Both the position numbers and the translations under genes were made by a program. A stretch of 64,000 bases of DNA, taken from NCBI GenBank assembly GCA_965651715.1, contig CBFGTB010000001.1, positions 26,938 through 90,937 of the forward strand. Direction: 5' to 3'. Under the pieces are notes generated by a model. The model made no database searches. It saw nothing but the letters and a program-made list of their open reading frames with translations, and was not told where the DNA came from. Each line of letters starts with the position of its first letter. Within the stretch, counting starts at the first letter, position 1. The stretch comes from an uncultured Gemmatimonadales bacterium (lineage in GTDB: Bacteria; Gemmatimonadota; Gemmatimonadetes; Gemmatimonadales; GWC2-71-9). Positions 40,206 through 50,583 of this stretch are shown here, piece after piece.

Positions 40206-41860
40206 CACATCAGCCGATAACGCGGTCCGGACCCACCTTCCCGCGGCAGCCACCGCGGCCCGATGACATCGGTCGCCTTGCAATCGATGCAGTTGGGCGG
40301 ATTGACCCGCAGCACGCCGTCGTTGACTTCGTACACCCCCGCCGGACAGATCCGGGCATAGAACTCGGCCACGTCCTGCGGGACGTCGGTGCCCACCACC
40401 AGATGCGACGGGACATCATCCCGCGTGGCATTTCCCGACTTGAACACGGCGTCGACCTTGCTGAAGGTGAGCACATTGTCGGGAGTGAACGGCGCAACGG
40501 GAGTGGCCCGGCGCGGTGCCTCGGCATCACGATGCATGGCGATCCTGCCGCCCGGGAATGCGCCGCCGGTGAGGGTCATCATGGCCGCCTTGATGCCGCC
40601 GGTCACGAAGCCGTCCTTGAACGCCAGCCGCATGTTGCGGGTCCGATGCAGATCCCGACCGATCCGCGACGCGCGTACCGCCCGGTCATAGGCCATCAGG
40701 CGCTCGGTGTCGGCCTGGCCGCCGTCAGCGAGCACATCGGCCAGCGTTGCGGCGGCCAGCATGCCCGATTCGATGGCATAGTGGATCCCCTTGAGCGACG
40801 GTACGTCGACCAGCCCCGCCGTATCACCGACCTGGACCAGGCCGTCGCCCACCAGGCGGTCGGGAATGGCGTACCAGCCGCCTTCGGGAATGGTCTTGGC
40901 GCCCCACTCCAGCAACGTCCCGCCCCGCAGCAGATCGCGGAACAGGGGATGGCCCTTGAGCCGCTGCAACGATTCATGCACGTCGAGCGACGCGTCGGCA
41001 GCATCGAGCCCGGCCACCAGGCCGATCGAGACCTGCTCGGGGCCCATCGGATAGCACCACGATCCGCCGAAGGTGTCGCGCGCCAGGGGCCACCCCAGAG
41101 TATGAATCACCCGATCGAGCGACTGAGTGACCTGCCAGACTTCCTTCACGCCGAGTGCGAAGATTTGCGGATTGGGACTGGTGATGCCCTGCCAATCCCG
41201 CCACGCCTGGCCCAGCGGCCCCCGGGTGCCTTCGGCAAGGACCACCGCCCGTGCTGTGAGATCGGTCGGCTCCTGGTAGCCCTCGCCCGGCGTACCGTCG
41301 CGATTCAACCCGGCGGCAACGGTCCGGACGCCGACCACTCGACTGCCCTCGACCAGCAGCGATTCCACCGGGAACCCCGGCAGCAGATTGATCCCCAGCG
41401 CCTCGGCCTGCTCGCCCATCCAGCGCACCAGCTCCGACAGCGACACCACCATGTTGCCGTGATTTTTCATGGTCGGCGGCGTCGGAATCCGAAGCGCCCG
41501 CTGCTCGCCCAACAGATAGACAGCCTCGCTGCCCACCGGCTGGCGGAAGGGGAAGTCGGCATCTGTCAGCTCGGGGAACAGGGCCCGCAGCGACACCGGA
41601 TTGATCACCGCTCCCGACAGCGAGTGCTCGCCCAGACCGGCCGCCTTCTCGAGCACCGCGATGGCCAGATCGGGCGCCTGCCGGGCGAGCTGAATCGCCG
41701 CAGCCAGGCCGGCCGGTCCCGCCCCCACGATGACGACGTCCATCTCGATCGCCTCGGCCGAGGGGGCCGATTGCTCGATCAAAGCGGCAGGCAAGTTCGG
41801 TTGATGGCGAATCGGCAGCACAACACCCACGGGACGGCTCCGCGTCAAAGGAATGGCCAA
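40205..41860 (-). CDS. Electron-transfer flavoprotein:quinone oxidoreductase (ETF-QO)
   Basis: FAD fold 'DVVIVGAGPAGL'. C-terminal 4Fe-4S region 'CPAGVYEV...NCIDCKATD'. 551 aa. Confidence 0.9.
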   Translation of the reverse strand: MAIPLTRSRPVGVVLPIRHQPNLPAALIEQSAPSAEAIEMDVVIVGAGPAGLAAAIQLARQAPDLAIAVLEKAAGLGEHSLSGAVINPVSLRALFPELTDADFPFRQPVGSEAVYLLGEQRALRIPTPPTMKNHGNMVVSLSELVRWMGEQAEALGINLLPGFPVESLLVEGSRVVGVRTVAAGLNRDGTPGEGYQEPTDLTARAVVLAEGTRGPLGQAWRDWQGITSPNPQIFALGVKEVWQVTQSLDRVIHTLGWPLARDTFGGSWCYPMGPEQVSIGLVAGLDAADASLDVHESLQRLKGHPLFRDLLRGGTLLEWGAKTIPEGGWYAIPDRLVGDGLVQVGDTAGLVDVPSLKGIHYAIESGMLAAATLADVLADGGQADTERLMAYDRAVRASRIGRDLHRTRNMRLAFKDGFVTGGIKAAMMTLTGGAFPGGRIAMHRDAEAPRRATPVAPFTPDNVLTFSKVDAVFKSGNATRDDVPSHLVVGTDVPQDVAEFYARICPAGVYEVNDGVLRVNPPNCIDCKATDVIGPRWLPREGGSGPRYRLM

Positions 41861-41910
41861 ATATAGGCCGATACCGCCCCCGGACCGCCCCGCCCCGGGT
41901 ATTTTTCGCC

Positions 41911-42534
41911 ATGGCCGACCCGTCGCGCTATCGCATCCCCGCCGCCGTGCATTGGGTCGAACAGACCATCAGCCGGAGCCGGTTTCGCTGCACCATCGCG
42001 CCGGCGCCCCGGGTGAGCGACGCCCAGGCCGTGATCGCCCGGGTCGCGGCCGAGTCGCCCGAATGCAACCATCATGCGACTGCATGGTTGGTCGGCCCGC
42101 CCGGCACCACCAGCCACATCGGCATGAGTGACGACGGTGAGCCTCACGGCACGGCCGGGCGCCCGATGTTGCACGTGCTGCTCCACTCGGGACTCGGCGA
42201 TATCGTGGCGGTGGTGAGCCGCTGGTTCGGCGGCGTCAAGCTCGGGACCGGTGGGCTGGCCCGGGCCTACAGTGGCACCGTCGAGCTGGCCCTGGCGACC
42301 CTGCCCACCACCGAATGGGTCGACTCGGTCACGATCGATGTCACGGTGAGCTATCCGCACGTCAATGCTGTGCAACACCTGCTGCCGACATTCGAAGCGC
42401 GGGTGGAACACGAATCGTACGACAGTGTTGTCACCTTCCGCATTCACCTTCCGACGGCGCAGCGCGATGCGCTGATCGCCACCCTGGCCGACGCCACCCG
42501 GGGCGAAGCGATCGTCGTCGCACCGGTCGACTGA
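41911..42534 (+). CDS. yigZ: YigZ / IMPACT-family (UPF0029) protein
   Basis: 'DDGEPHGTAGRPML' and 'VVSRWFGGVKLGTGGLARAY' signature blocks. Confidence 0.8.
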   Translation: MADPSRYRIPAAVHWVEQTISRSRFRCTIAPAPRVSDAQAVIARVAAESPECNHHATAWLVGPPGTTSHIGMSDDGEPHGTAGRPMLHVLLHSGLGDIVAVVSRWFGGVKLGTGGLARAYSGTVELALATLPTTEWVDSVTIDVTVSYPHVNAVQHLLPTFEARVEHESYDSVVTFRIHLPTAQRDALIATLADATRGEAIVVAPVD

Positions 42535-42619
42535 GGCCCGTGCCCCCCTATCTTGTTTCGCAATCGTCATCCCCTGCCGACGCTCTGCTCCGGCGCCGGG
42601 TTCTGTGTGAGGGCCTGCC

Positions 42620-44146
42620 ATGAAGCGCATCGTTCTGCCGATCACCATCTCTCTCGCCATCGCCCTGGCCATCGCGGGGTATTTCGTCACGCCGCTGTGG
42701 TGGCTGCTCCTGATCGTTCTGCCGCTGGTCGGACTCGGCCTGATCGACAGATTCCAGGTAAACCACGCCATTCGGCGCAATTTTCCGGTGGTGGGCAACG
42801 TGCGCTACCTGCTGGAGGAGATCGGCCCGGAGCTGCATCAGTATTTCATCGAGAACGCGACAGACGGCACGCCGATCGATCGGACCCGGCGACGCTACGT
42901 CTATTCCCGCGCCAAGCGCGAACATCAGTTGCACCCGTTCGGCACCGAACTGGACCTGCGGCAGGATGGCTTCAGCTTCATGGCGCATTCGATCTACCCG
43001 GCTCCGGTCATCTCCCCGGCGCCGCGGATCCGGATCGGCGGCGCGGAATGCCGGCAGCCTTACGACGCCAGTGTCTTCAATATCTCGGCCATGTCCTACG
43101 GCTCGCTCAGCCGACAGGCCATCGAGGCGCTCAACATCGGCGCCCGCGAAGGCGGCTTCTGCCACTGCACCGGCGAAGGCGGTATCTCGCCCTACCATCT
43201 CCAGGGCGGTGATCTCACCTTCCAGGTCGGTACCGGATATTTCGGGGCCCGCACACCCAGTGGCGAGTTCTCGCCGGAGCACTTCCAGGTCAACGCCGTG
43301 CGACCGACAGTGAAGATGATCGAACTCAAGCTGTCGCAGGGCGCCAAGCCGGGCCATGGCGGCATTCTTCCCGCTGCCAAGAACAACGAAGAGATCGCAG
43401 CGATCCGCGGCGTGGTCCCCCATACCGAGGTCGACTCGCCGCCCTATCACACCGCCTTTCGTGGGGCGGAGGGTCTGCTGCGATTCATCCACCAGTTGCG
43501 CGAGCTGTCGGGCGGCAAGCCCACCGGTTTCAAGCTCTGTGTCGGCTCACGTCAGGAGTTCATCGACCTCTGCGCCACCATGCGCGCGACCGGACTCCGG
43601 CCGGACTTCATCACCGTCGATGGGGCGGAAGGCGGCACCGGCGCCGCACCTGTCGACTTCTCCAACCATGTCGGCATGCCGCTCGACGACGGCCTCGTCT
43701 TCGTGGTGGATGCCCTTGAGCGCTTCGGGCTGCGGCAGGATATCCGCGTGATTGCCGCCGGCAAGGTGATCACATCATTCGACATCTTCCGCACGCTCGC
43801 CATGGGCGCCGATCTCTGCAACTCGGCTCGCGGCATGATGCTCGCCCTGGGGTGCATCCAGGCGCTGGAATGCCACCGCAACACCTGCCCGACCGGGATT
43901 ACCACAAATGACCCCCGGCTGACCCGCGGTCTGGTGGTGGCCGACAAGTGGCAGCGGGTGCGCAATTACCATCACGAGACGGTCAAGGATTTTCTCGACC
44001 TGGTCGCGGCCGCCGGTATCACCGATCTGACCCAGCTCGATCGCAGCCGCCTCTACCGTCGGATCAGTGCCGATGAGATTCGGCGCTTCGATGAACTCCA
44101 CCCGCTCGGCGCGGGTGCCAGCCACTGGGCGCCGACGATCTCCTGA
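42620..44146 (+). CDS. FMN-binding glutamate synthase-family protein (GltB domain-2-like, membrane-anchored)
   Basis: Two N-terminal TM helices, then 'ISAMSYGSLS', 'TGEGG' and 'KLSQGAKPGHGGILP' blocks typical of the GltS FMN domain. Confidence 0.85.
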   Translation: MKRIVLPITISLAIALAIAGYFVTPLWWLLLIVLPLVGLGLIDRFQVNHAIRRNFPVVGNVRYLLEEIGPELHQYFIENATDGTPIDRTRRRYVYSRAKREHQLHPFGTELDLRQDGFSFMAHSIYPAPVISPAPRIRIGGAECRQPYDASVFNISAMSYGSLSRQAIEALNIGAREGGFCHCTGEGGISPYHLQGGDLTFQVGTGYFGARTPSGEFSPEHFQVNAVRPTVKMIELKLSQGAKPGHGGILPAAKNNEEIAAIRGVVPHTEVDSPPYHTAFRGAEGLLRFIHQLRELSGGKPTGFKLCVGSRQEFIDLCATMRATGLRPDFITVDGAEGGTGAAPVDFSNHVGMPLDDGLVFVVDALERFGLRQDIRVIAAGKVITSFDIFRTLAMGADLCNSARGMMLALGCIQALECHRNTCPTGITTNDPRLTRGLVVADKWQRVRNYHHETVKDFLDLVAAAGITDLTQLDRSRLYRRISADEIRRFDELHPLGAGASHWAPTIS

Positions 44147-44998
44147 TCAGACGGCCAGCTCGAGTCCCAGGTCGGCGCTCGGTACGCTGTGGGTCAACAG
44201 GCCAAGGCTGATGTAATCCGCCCCGGCTGCGGCGTAGTCCGCCAGGTCGGCCAGGGTGATGCCCCCGGTCGCTTCGATCTCAATGCCGGGGGCGCGATCC
44301 CGCGCCCGGCGACCCCAGTCGGCCACCACCTGGGCCGACTGGTTGTCAATCAGCAGCCGAGTCGCACCGGCGTGTACCGCCTGATCGAGTTGCTCAGCCG
44401 ATTCGACCTCGACATACAGCCCCGTCACGCCGCGGTCCCGCGCCTGCTGGAGCGCCGTCGCGAGACTCAGACCGTTCGCCGCCATCGCCTGCCAATGGTT
44501 GTCCTTGATCATCACTGTATCGCTCAGGTCGACCCGGTGCCTCATTCCCCCGCCGGCCTCCACCGCCGCCACCTCAAAGTGGCGCAGCCCCGGTGTGGTC
44601 TTGCGGGTGTGCAGGATGCGACAGCCGGTGCCGGCGACTGCCGCGGTGGCCCGGTGGGTGAGCGTCGCAATGCCGGCGGCGCGTTGCAGCATATTGAGCA
44701 GCGGACGTTCGGCCCGCAGCATCGCCCGCAGCGAGCCGCTGACCTCGCCGATCACCATCGGCCGGTCCACGACGGTGCCCTGCCGCACCCGCCATCTGAT
44801 CGGCGCGAGTCCCACCGCGCTGACCACCGCGTCGGCATAGGCGAGGCCGGCCATGACCAGGGCGCTGCGGGCCTCGATCCGCGCCGTGCCCTGCTGGGTC
44901 TCGACCACGCTGATCCGCGAGGTGATGTCGTCATCACCATCTTCGGCCAGCGCCAGCATTGCCAGGCGGATCGGATCGTCGGTCTGCGGCTCAGGCAC
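44147..44998 (-). CDS. nadC: Nicotinate-nucleotide pyrophosphorylase (carboxylating)
   Basis: 'LALAEDGDDDITS', 'HTRKTTPG' and 'IKDNH' motifs. The start is uncertain: GTG 44998 or ATG 44959. Confidence 0.85.
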   Translation of the reverse strand: MPEPQTDDPIRLAMLALAEDGDDDITSRISVVETQQGTARIEARSALVMAGLAYADAVVSAVGLAPIRWRVRQGTVVDRPMVIGEVSGSLRAMLRAERPLLNMLQRAAGIATLTHRATAAVAGTGCRILHTRKTTPGLRHFEVAAVEAGGGMRHRVDLSDTVMIKDNHWQAMAANGLSLATALQQARDRGVTGLYVEVESAEQLDQAVHAGATRLLIDNQSAQVVADWGRRARDRAPGIEIEATGGITLADLADYAAAGADYISLGLLTHSVPSADLGLELAV

Positions 44999-45986
44999 CC
45001 AGCGCCACCATCCGCTCGATCGCCCCGCGCGCACGCTGCTGGATGTCGAGCGGCACGTCGATCACATGCTGGGTGTGCCGCAGCGCGTCGCGCAGATCGA
45101 GCAGACTGATGGTCTTCATATAGGCGCATTGCGCCGCCCGATCGGCCGGCACGAAGCGCTTCTCAGGTGCCGCCTGCGCCATGCGGTGAATGATCCCGGT
45201 TTCGGTCGCCACGATGAAGGTGTCGGCCTCGAGTTCGCGGGTCAGGTTGATCATGCCCTCGGTGCTGGCAATGTGAATCCCGTCGGGCGGCAGGTCGCCG
45301 TCGGCCATGCGATACAGCAGTCGCGAGGCGCAGCCGCACTCCGGATGGACCAGCACCGCGCTGCCGGGATGGGCCTCGCGCGCGGCCTGTAACGTGTCGA
45401 CATCGATGCCGGCATGGACATGGCATTCGCCCATCCACACCTCGACCCGACGCTCGGGTCGCATCCGGCGCACATGCGCGCCGAGGAACATATCGGGCAG
45501 GAAAAGAATGCCGCGGTCGGCCGGAATGGCATCGATCACGGCGAGCACATTGCCGCTGGTGCAGCAGTAATCGAGTTCGGCCTTCACCGCCGCCGTCGTG
45601 TTGACGTAGCCGACCGCGACGTAGTCGGGAAACTCGCGCCGCCAGCCCCGGACCTCGTCGGCGGTGATGGTGTCGGCCAGCGAGCAGCCGGCCGCCAGAT
45701 TGGGCAGCAGCACCGTCTTGGTCGGTGCCAGGACCTTGGCGGTCTCGGCCATGAAATGCACACCGCAAAAGGCAATCACCGCCTCGTCAACAACCGCCGC
45801 GCGGCGGGACAGGCCGAGCGAATCGCCGACGAAGTGGGCGACATCCTGCACTTCGGCCCGCTGATAGTTATGGGCCAGAATGATCGCGTTGCGCTCGGCG
45901 GCGAGCGCGCGGATTTCGCGCTGTAATTCGGGGATCTCCTCGGCCGTGTAGGGCTGGGGGTCAATCACCGGTAGTTGACTGGTCAT
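44991..45986 (-). CDS. nadA: Quinolinate synthase
   Basis: Trimmed to MTSQLPVIDPQ. NadA blocks 'ILAHNYQ', 'VHPEC', 'TETGI'. Confidence 0.9.
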   Translation of the reverse strand: MTSQLPVIDPQPYTAEEIPELQREIRALAAERNAIILAHNYQRAEVQDVAHFVGDSLGLSRRAAVVDEAVIAFCGVHFMAETAKVLAPTKTVLLPNLAAGCSLADTITADEVRGWRREFPDYVAVGYVNTTAAVKAELDYCCTSGNVLAVIDAIPADRGILFLPDMFLGAHVRRMRPERRVEVWMGECHVHAGIDVDTLQAAREAHPGSAVLVHPECGCASRLLYRMADGDLPPDGIHIASTEGMINLTRELEADTFIVATETGIIHRMAQAAPEKRFVPADRAAQCAYMKTISLLDLRDALRHTQHVIDVPLDIQQRARGAIERMVALGA

Positions 45987-45990
45987 CGGA

Positions 45991-47493
45991 TCATCTCTCC
46001 GTCCTCGCATGGGGAAAGTCCACCCGGCGGTGGCCTCCCCGTGATTCACGTCGTCCCCGGGCCGCCCGAGCGATCATCGCCGCGACCCGGAGTTGGTCGC
46101 TGGTCTGCCACGCCCCGGAGGGGGCCCGTGCCAACAGGTCGGCCAATGCCAGCTCCGCTTCGGCCAGGCCCGGTTCGGTCCGTACCACACCGGCTTCCCG
46201 GGTGAGAATCGAACGCATCCGCGCCAGCAGGGCAAGCGCCTCGGGTCGGCGATCGACCCCGCCATCGAGGTCACTGGCCAGCGGAGCAACCGTTGCCACC
46301 GGATGTCGGGTGGCAGCCAGATCGCGATCGATCTCGCGCCCGGTGCGATCGGCGAAGACCAAACCCTCGAGCAACGAGTTGGACGCCAGCCGATTGGCAC
46401 CATGGACACCGGTGTTGGCACACTCCCCGGCGGCGTAGAGGCCCGCGACACTGGAACGTCCCGCCAGGTCGGTATGGATCCCCCCCATGGCGTAGTGCAT
46501 CGCCGGTGCGACCGGGATCAGATCGTCGGCCAGTGACAGATTGTGCTCGGCGAGCAATGCCGACACGCCCGGAAAGGTGGCTGTCACATCGGGAATGTGA
46601 CGGGCGTCGAGCCAGGCATCGCCTCTGAAGGCGCGAATCGCCACCGCCCGGGCGACCACGTCGCGCGGAGCCAGCTCGGCGCGGGGGTCGACCTCCTGCA
46701 TGAAGCGCTCTCCCTTGCCGTTCACCAACCACGCACCGGCGCCGCGCAGCGCCTCGCTCAGCAGCGGCGCCGGATTGATGCCCGGCATCCGCAGCGCGGT
46801 GGGGTGGAACTGGAGAAACTCCAGATGCGCCAGCTCGGCCCCCACCGCGTGGGCCACCGCCCACCCGTCACCGGTCGCCACCGGTGGATTGGTGGTGATC
46901 TCGAAAAGCTGCCCCACACCGCCGGTGGCCAGCACCACAGCCGGGGCGCTCACTGCAAACGGCTCGCCGCTGTCATCGATCAGGATGGCACCCACGACCC
47001 GGTCGTCATGCCTGACCAGACGACGGATCCGGGTGCGTTCCAACAGCTCAATCCGGGAATCGGCCAGCACCACTCGCGACAGGGTGGCCACCAGCGCCGC
47101 GCCGGTGCGATCGCCCTCGGCGTGGATGATCCGGGCGCGGGAGTGGGCGGCTTCGAGACCGAAACGGAGTTCGCCGTCGGGGCCGCGATCGAAATCGGCG
47201 CCGAGTTCGAGCAGTTCCCGCACCCGCGCCGGTCCCTCGGTGACCAGCACATCGACAGCGCGGGGGTCGGCCAGCCCGTCACTGGCGGCGATGGTGTCGG
47301 CGGCGTGCAGCGCGGGCGAGTCGCCGGGATCGAGGGCCACGGCGATGCCGCCCTGGGCCCAGGCGGTATTGGAATCGCGCAGCGTCGCCTTGGTGACCAA
47401 CAGCACCTCACGCCCTTCCGAGGCGAGGCGCCAGGCAGTCCAGAGCCCGGCAATCCCGGTGCCCACCACGAGAGGGCGGTCGCTGCGTATCAC
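45991..47493 (-). CDS. nadB: L-aspartate oxidase
   Basis: 'LVVGTGIAGL' FAD fold, 'AQGGIAVAL', and C-terminal 'RRESRGGHRR'. Confidence 0.9.
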   Translation of the reverse strand: MIRSDRPLVVGTGIAGLWTAWRLASEGREVLLVTKATLRDSNTAWAQGGIAVALDPGDSPALHAADTIAASDGLADPRAVDVLVTEGPARVRELLELGADFDRGPDGELRFGLEAAHSRARIIHAEGDRTGAALVATLSRVVLADSRIELLERTRIRRLVRHDDRVVGAILIDDSGEPFAVSAPAVVLATGGVGQLFEITTNPPVATGDGWAVAHAVGAELAHLEFLQFHPTALRMPGINPAPLLSEALRGAGAWLVNGKGERFMQEVDPRAELAPRDVVARAVAIRAFRGDAWLDARHIPDVTATFPGVSALLAEHNLSLADDLIPVAPAMHYAMGGIHTDLAGRSSVAGLYAAGECANTGVHGANRLASNSLLEGLVFADRTGREIDRDLAATRHPVATVAPLASDLDGGVDRRPEALALLARMRSILTREAGVVRTEPGLAEAELALADLLARAPSGAWQTSDQLRVAAMIARAARGRRESRGGHRRVDFPHARTER

Positions 47494-47562
47494 AGCAGAG
47501 AAAATAGTCGCGCCGGGACAGGAGAGAAGCGCTGACCCGGCGCTGTCACACTACGTCGGGTA

Positions 47563-48528
47563 CTACCCCCGCGCCTGCCGCACCGCCGCGGCCAACGCCG
47601 GCACGATCTCGAACAGATCACCGACGATGCCGTAGTCGGCCACCTTGAAGATCGGCGCGTCCTTGTCACGGTTGATCGCCACGATCACGCGCGAGGTCCG
47701 CATCCCGGCCAGGTGCTGAATCGCACCCGACACGCCGATGGCCAGATACAACTCAGGCGCAACAGTTTTGCCTGTCTGGCCGACCTGCGCGCCATGACCG
47801 ATCCAGCCGGCGTCGACCACCGCCCGACTGGCACCCACCGCCGCGTCGGGACCGAACGCCGCTGCCAGGTCCTCCAGCAGCGCAAAGTTCTTGGGGTCGC
47901 CGAGCCCGCGACCGCCGGCCACCACCACCCGCGCCTCGGCCACGTCGATGCTGGCATGTTCGGGAGCGCTGACGCCGGTCACCTCGAGCCGACGCGTGAA
48001 CGCCGCCACCGGCACAGATACCACAGTACCCGGTCGCCCGACCGGTTGGGCCTCGATCGCCCCCGGGCGCACCGCGATCACTGCGGTGCCGCTCAGATCC
48101 CGCGTCTCGATCAGCTTGCCCGCGTAGACCGGACGGGTGACCCGAATGGTTTCGCCGGTGAGCGACAGGTCGGTCACATCCATGCCGCAGGGCGCACCGA
48201 TCCGAGCCGCGATCCGCGGCGCCAGGTCCTTGCCGGTGGCGCTGGCCGCGATGACGATGGCGCGGTAGTCCGCCGCCATCCCCGCCACCGTGGCGACCAT
48301 CGCGTCGGGACAGTACTGCTCGCTCTCGGCGTGGGTCACGGTGAGCACCCGATCGGCGCCCGCCGGCCCCAGCGCATCAAGACCGCTCACCTCACCTGCC
48401 GCAAAGACGATGGCATCCACACTGCCGCCGTCGGCGTCGGCCAGCCGCCGCGCCGCTGCCAGCAGTTCGGCGGCGCCCTTGCGCACCATGCCGCCACGCT
48501 GTTCGATAATCGCCAGAATCGCTGCCAT
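47563..48528 (-). CDS. etfA: Electron transfer flavoprotein alpha subunit
   Basis: C-terminal FAD signature 'PELYLAIGVSGAIQHLAGM'. Confidence 0.9.
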   Translation of the reverse strand: MAAILAIIEQRGGMVRKGAAELLAAARRLADADGGSVDAIVFAAGEVSGLDALGPAGADRVLTVTHAESEQYCPDAMVATVAGMAADYRAIVIAASATGKDLAPRIAARIGAPCGMDVTDLSLTGETIRVTRPVYAGKLIETRDLSGTAVIAVRPGAIEAQPVGRPGTVVSVPVAAFTRRLEVTGVSAPEHASIDVAEARVVVAGGRGLGDPKNFALLEDLAAAFGPDAAVGASRAVVDAGWIGHGAQVGQTGKTVAPELYLAIGVSGAIQHLAGMRTSRVIVAINRDKDAPIFKVADYGIVGDLFEIVPALAAAVRQARG

Positions 48529-48530
48529 GA

Positions 48531-49280
48531 TCAGAGCACCTTCGCTTCAGAAGTGAGAGCCGAGATGAGGTCGGCTACCGCCGCCGCCCCTTCCCCCACA
48601 ATCCGGCCAGCCGGCCGTTCCGGCGGCAGCGCCAGCGACACCACAGTCGCCTGGCCCGCGGGCACCGTCACCGGTACCACCTCCAGCGGCTTCTTCTTGG
48701 CCGCCATGATGCCCTTGAGCGACGGCAGCCGTGGTGTGTTAAGTCCCTTGTCACAACTGAATACCGCCGGCAGGGCACAGCGCGCGGTCTCGGTGCCGCC
48801 TTCGATCTCGCGTTCGACGGTGGCCACGCCATCCGCGACCTGAAGCGAGGTGATGGCGGTGGCCGACGGCAGTTCGAGCAGTTCGGCCAACATCGGGCCG
48901 GTCTGCTGGGCATAGTCGTCGACAGCCAGCTTGCCGCAGAGGATCAGATCGTAGCCGCCACCGCGCAACTGCTCGGCCAGCGCCCGGGCGTTGGCCAGAC
49001 CGTCGGTCGAGGGTGTGCCTTGCAGATGAATGGCGCTGTCGATTCCCATCGCCAGCGCGGTCCGCAACGTCTCCGCCACGCTGTCATCGCCCAGCGCCAG
49101 CACCACAGTCTCCCCCGCGCCGGCCGCTTCCTTGAGGGCGATCGCGGCTTCGACAGCGAACTCGTCGTAGGGGTTGAGAACGAACTTCACGCCAGCCGGA
49201 TTGACTGTCACGCCATCGGCGGCGATCGCCAGTTTGGCGGTGGTGTCGGCGGTGCGCCGAATGCAGACTGCAATTTTCAC
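48531..49280 (-). CDS. etfB: Electron transfer flavoprotein beta subunit
   Basis: 249 aa, 'MKIAVCIRR' N-terminus. Directly upstream of etfA. Confidence 0.9.
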   Translation of the reverse strand: MKIAVCIRRTADTTAKLAIAADGVTVNPAGVKFVLNPYDEFAVEAAIALKEAAGAGETVVLALGDDSVAETLRTALAMGIDSAIHLQGTPSTDGLANARALAEQLRGGGYDLILCGKLAVDDYAQQTGPMLAELLELPSATAITSLQVADGVATVEREIEGGTETARCALPAVFSCDKGLNTPRLPSLKGIMAAKKKPLEVVPVTVPAGQATVVSLALPPERPAGRIVGEGAAAVADLISALTSEAKVL

Positions 49281-49308
49281 GAAACCAGACTCCTTGCTGT
49301 TGCTGCTG

Positions 49309-50499
49309 TCAGTACGCGGCGATCCCGGTGATCTCCTGCCCCAGGATCAGCGAGTGCATGTCGTGAGTCCCCTCATAGGTATAGACGCTCTCAAGGTTGG
49401 CCAGATGGCGCATCGAGTGATACTCGATCAGAATGCCGTTGGCCCCCAGCAACCGGCGCGCCTCGCGGGCCACCTCGCAGGCCATGTCGACATTGTTGCG
49501 CTTGGCGAGCGACACCTGCTGCGGAGTCATGGTGCCACGGTCCTTGAGCCGCCCGAGCTGCAACACCAGGAACTGGGCCTTGGTGATCTCGGTGAGCATG
49601 GTCGCCAGACGGGTCTGCTGCAACTGGGTGGCGGCGATGGGGCGATCGAACATCACCCGGTTGGCCGCGTAGCGACGCGCCTCGTCGTAGCACGCCATCG
49701 CCGCGCCGACGCCGCCCCAGGCGATGCCGTAGCGCGCCTGGGTGAGGCACATCAGCGGCGACTTCATCCCGCCGGAGTGGGGCAGCAGGGCGTCCTTGGG
49801 AACATGCACGTCCTGCAGGTGCAGCTCGCTGGTGTCGCTGGCCCGAAGCGACAGCTTGCCCTTCTGGTCCTTGGCGGTGAACCCGGGAGTGTCGGTGGGC
49901 ACAATGAAGCCGCGCACACTCTTGGGGTCGGCGATGTCACCGGTCTTGGCCCAGACGATCGCCACGGTGGCCTGCGACCCGTTGGTGATCCACATCTTGG
50001 TGCCGTTGAGCACCCAGCCGTCGGCGGTCTCCCGCGCGGTGGTGATCATCCCGCCGGGGTTGGAGCCGAAATCGGGTTCGGTCAGTCCGAAGCAGCCGAT
50101 CTCCTCGCCGCTCGCCAACCGCGGCAACCAGTGCGCCTTCTGGGCTTCACTGCCGAAGGCGAAGATGGGATACATCACCAGGGCGCCCTGCACCGAGGCG
50201 AAGGAGCGAATGCCGCTGTCGCCCCGCTCCAGTTCCTGCATGATCAGGCCGTAGGCCACGTTGTTGAGCCCGGCACAGCCGTACTCTTCGGGCAGATTGG
50301 CGCCGAACAGCCCCAGCTCGGCCATGCCCGGAATCAGTTCCTTGGGAAAGCGCCCCTCGATGTAGGCCGGCCCGATGGCGGGCACCAGCGCGTCGCTGAC
50401 CCACTGACGCACCGTGTCGCGCACCGCGCGCTCTTCCTCCGACAACAACGAGTCGATGTCATAGAAATCGACGCCGGTGTATTCCGACGAACCCGCCAT
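49309..50499 (-). CDS. gcdH: Glutaryl-CoA dehydrogenase-type acyl-CoA dehydrogenase (copy 1)
   Basis: 396 aa with 'GCFGLTEPDFGSNP' and 'YTYEGTHDMHSLILGQEITGIAAY' at the C-terminus. Adjacent to etfBA. Confidence 0.85.
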   Translation of the reverse strand: MAGSSEYTGVDFYDIDSLLSEEERAVRDTVRQWVSDALVPAIGPAYIEGRFPKELIPGMAELGLFGANLPEEYGCAGLNNVAYGLIMQELERGDSGIRSFASVQGALVMYPIFAFGSEAQKAHWLPRLASGEEIGCFGLTEPDFGSNPGGMITTARETADGWVLNGTKMWITNGSQATVAIVWAKTGDIADPKSVRGFIVPTDTPGFTAKDQKGKLSLRASDTSELHLQDVHVPKDALLPHSGGMKSPLMCLTQARYGIAWGGVGAAMACYDEARRYAANRVMFDRPIAATQLQQTRLATMLTEITKAQFLVLQLGRLKDRGTMTPQQVSLAKRNNVDMACEVAREARRLLGANGILIEYHSMRHLANLESVYTYEGTHDMHSLILGQEITGIAAY

Positions 50500-50546
50500 G
50501 CGTACCCATCCCCGGTAAAAGTCCGCCGGGAAGATAACAACGGGGT

Positions 50547-50569
50547 CGGGGCGGCCCCGCGACGCCCCG
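50547..50569 (-). terminator. Possible terminator hairpin after propeller gene P1
   Basis: 7-bp stem CGGGGCG / CGCCCCG with a 9-nt loop, 15 nt past the stop. Followed in gene sense by ACCCCGUUGUUAUCUU. Confidence 0.3.
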
Positions 50570-50583
50570 CGCCGGGCCGATGA

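Noticed and set aside
39932-41866. 644-aa plus-strand ORF (similar cases: 16092..17597, 32718..34034, 36667..37869, 41845..42798, 42548..43492, 46543..47535, 49174..50583)
   Set aside because: All are antisense or out-of-frame shadows of genes with clear family signatures. None has motifs of its own.
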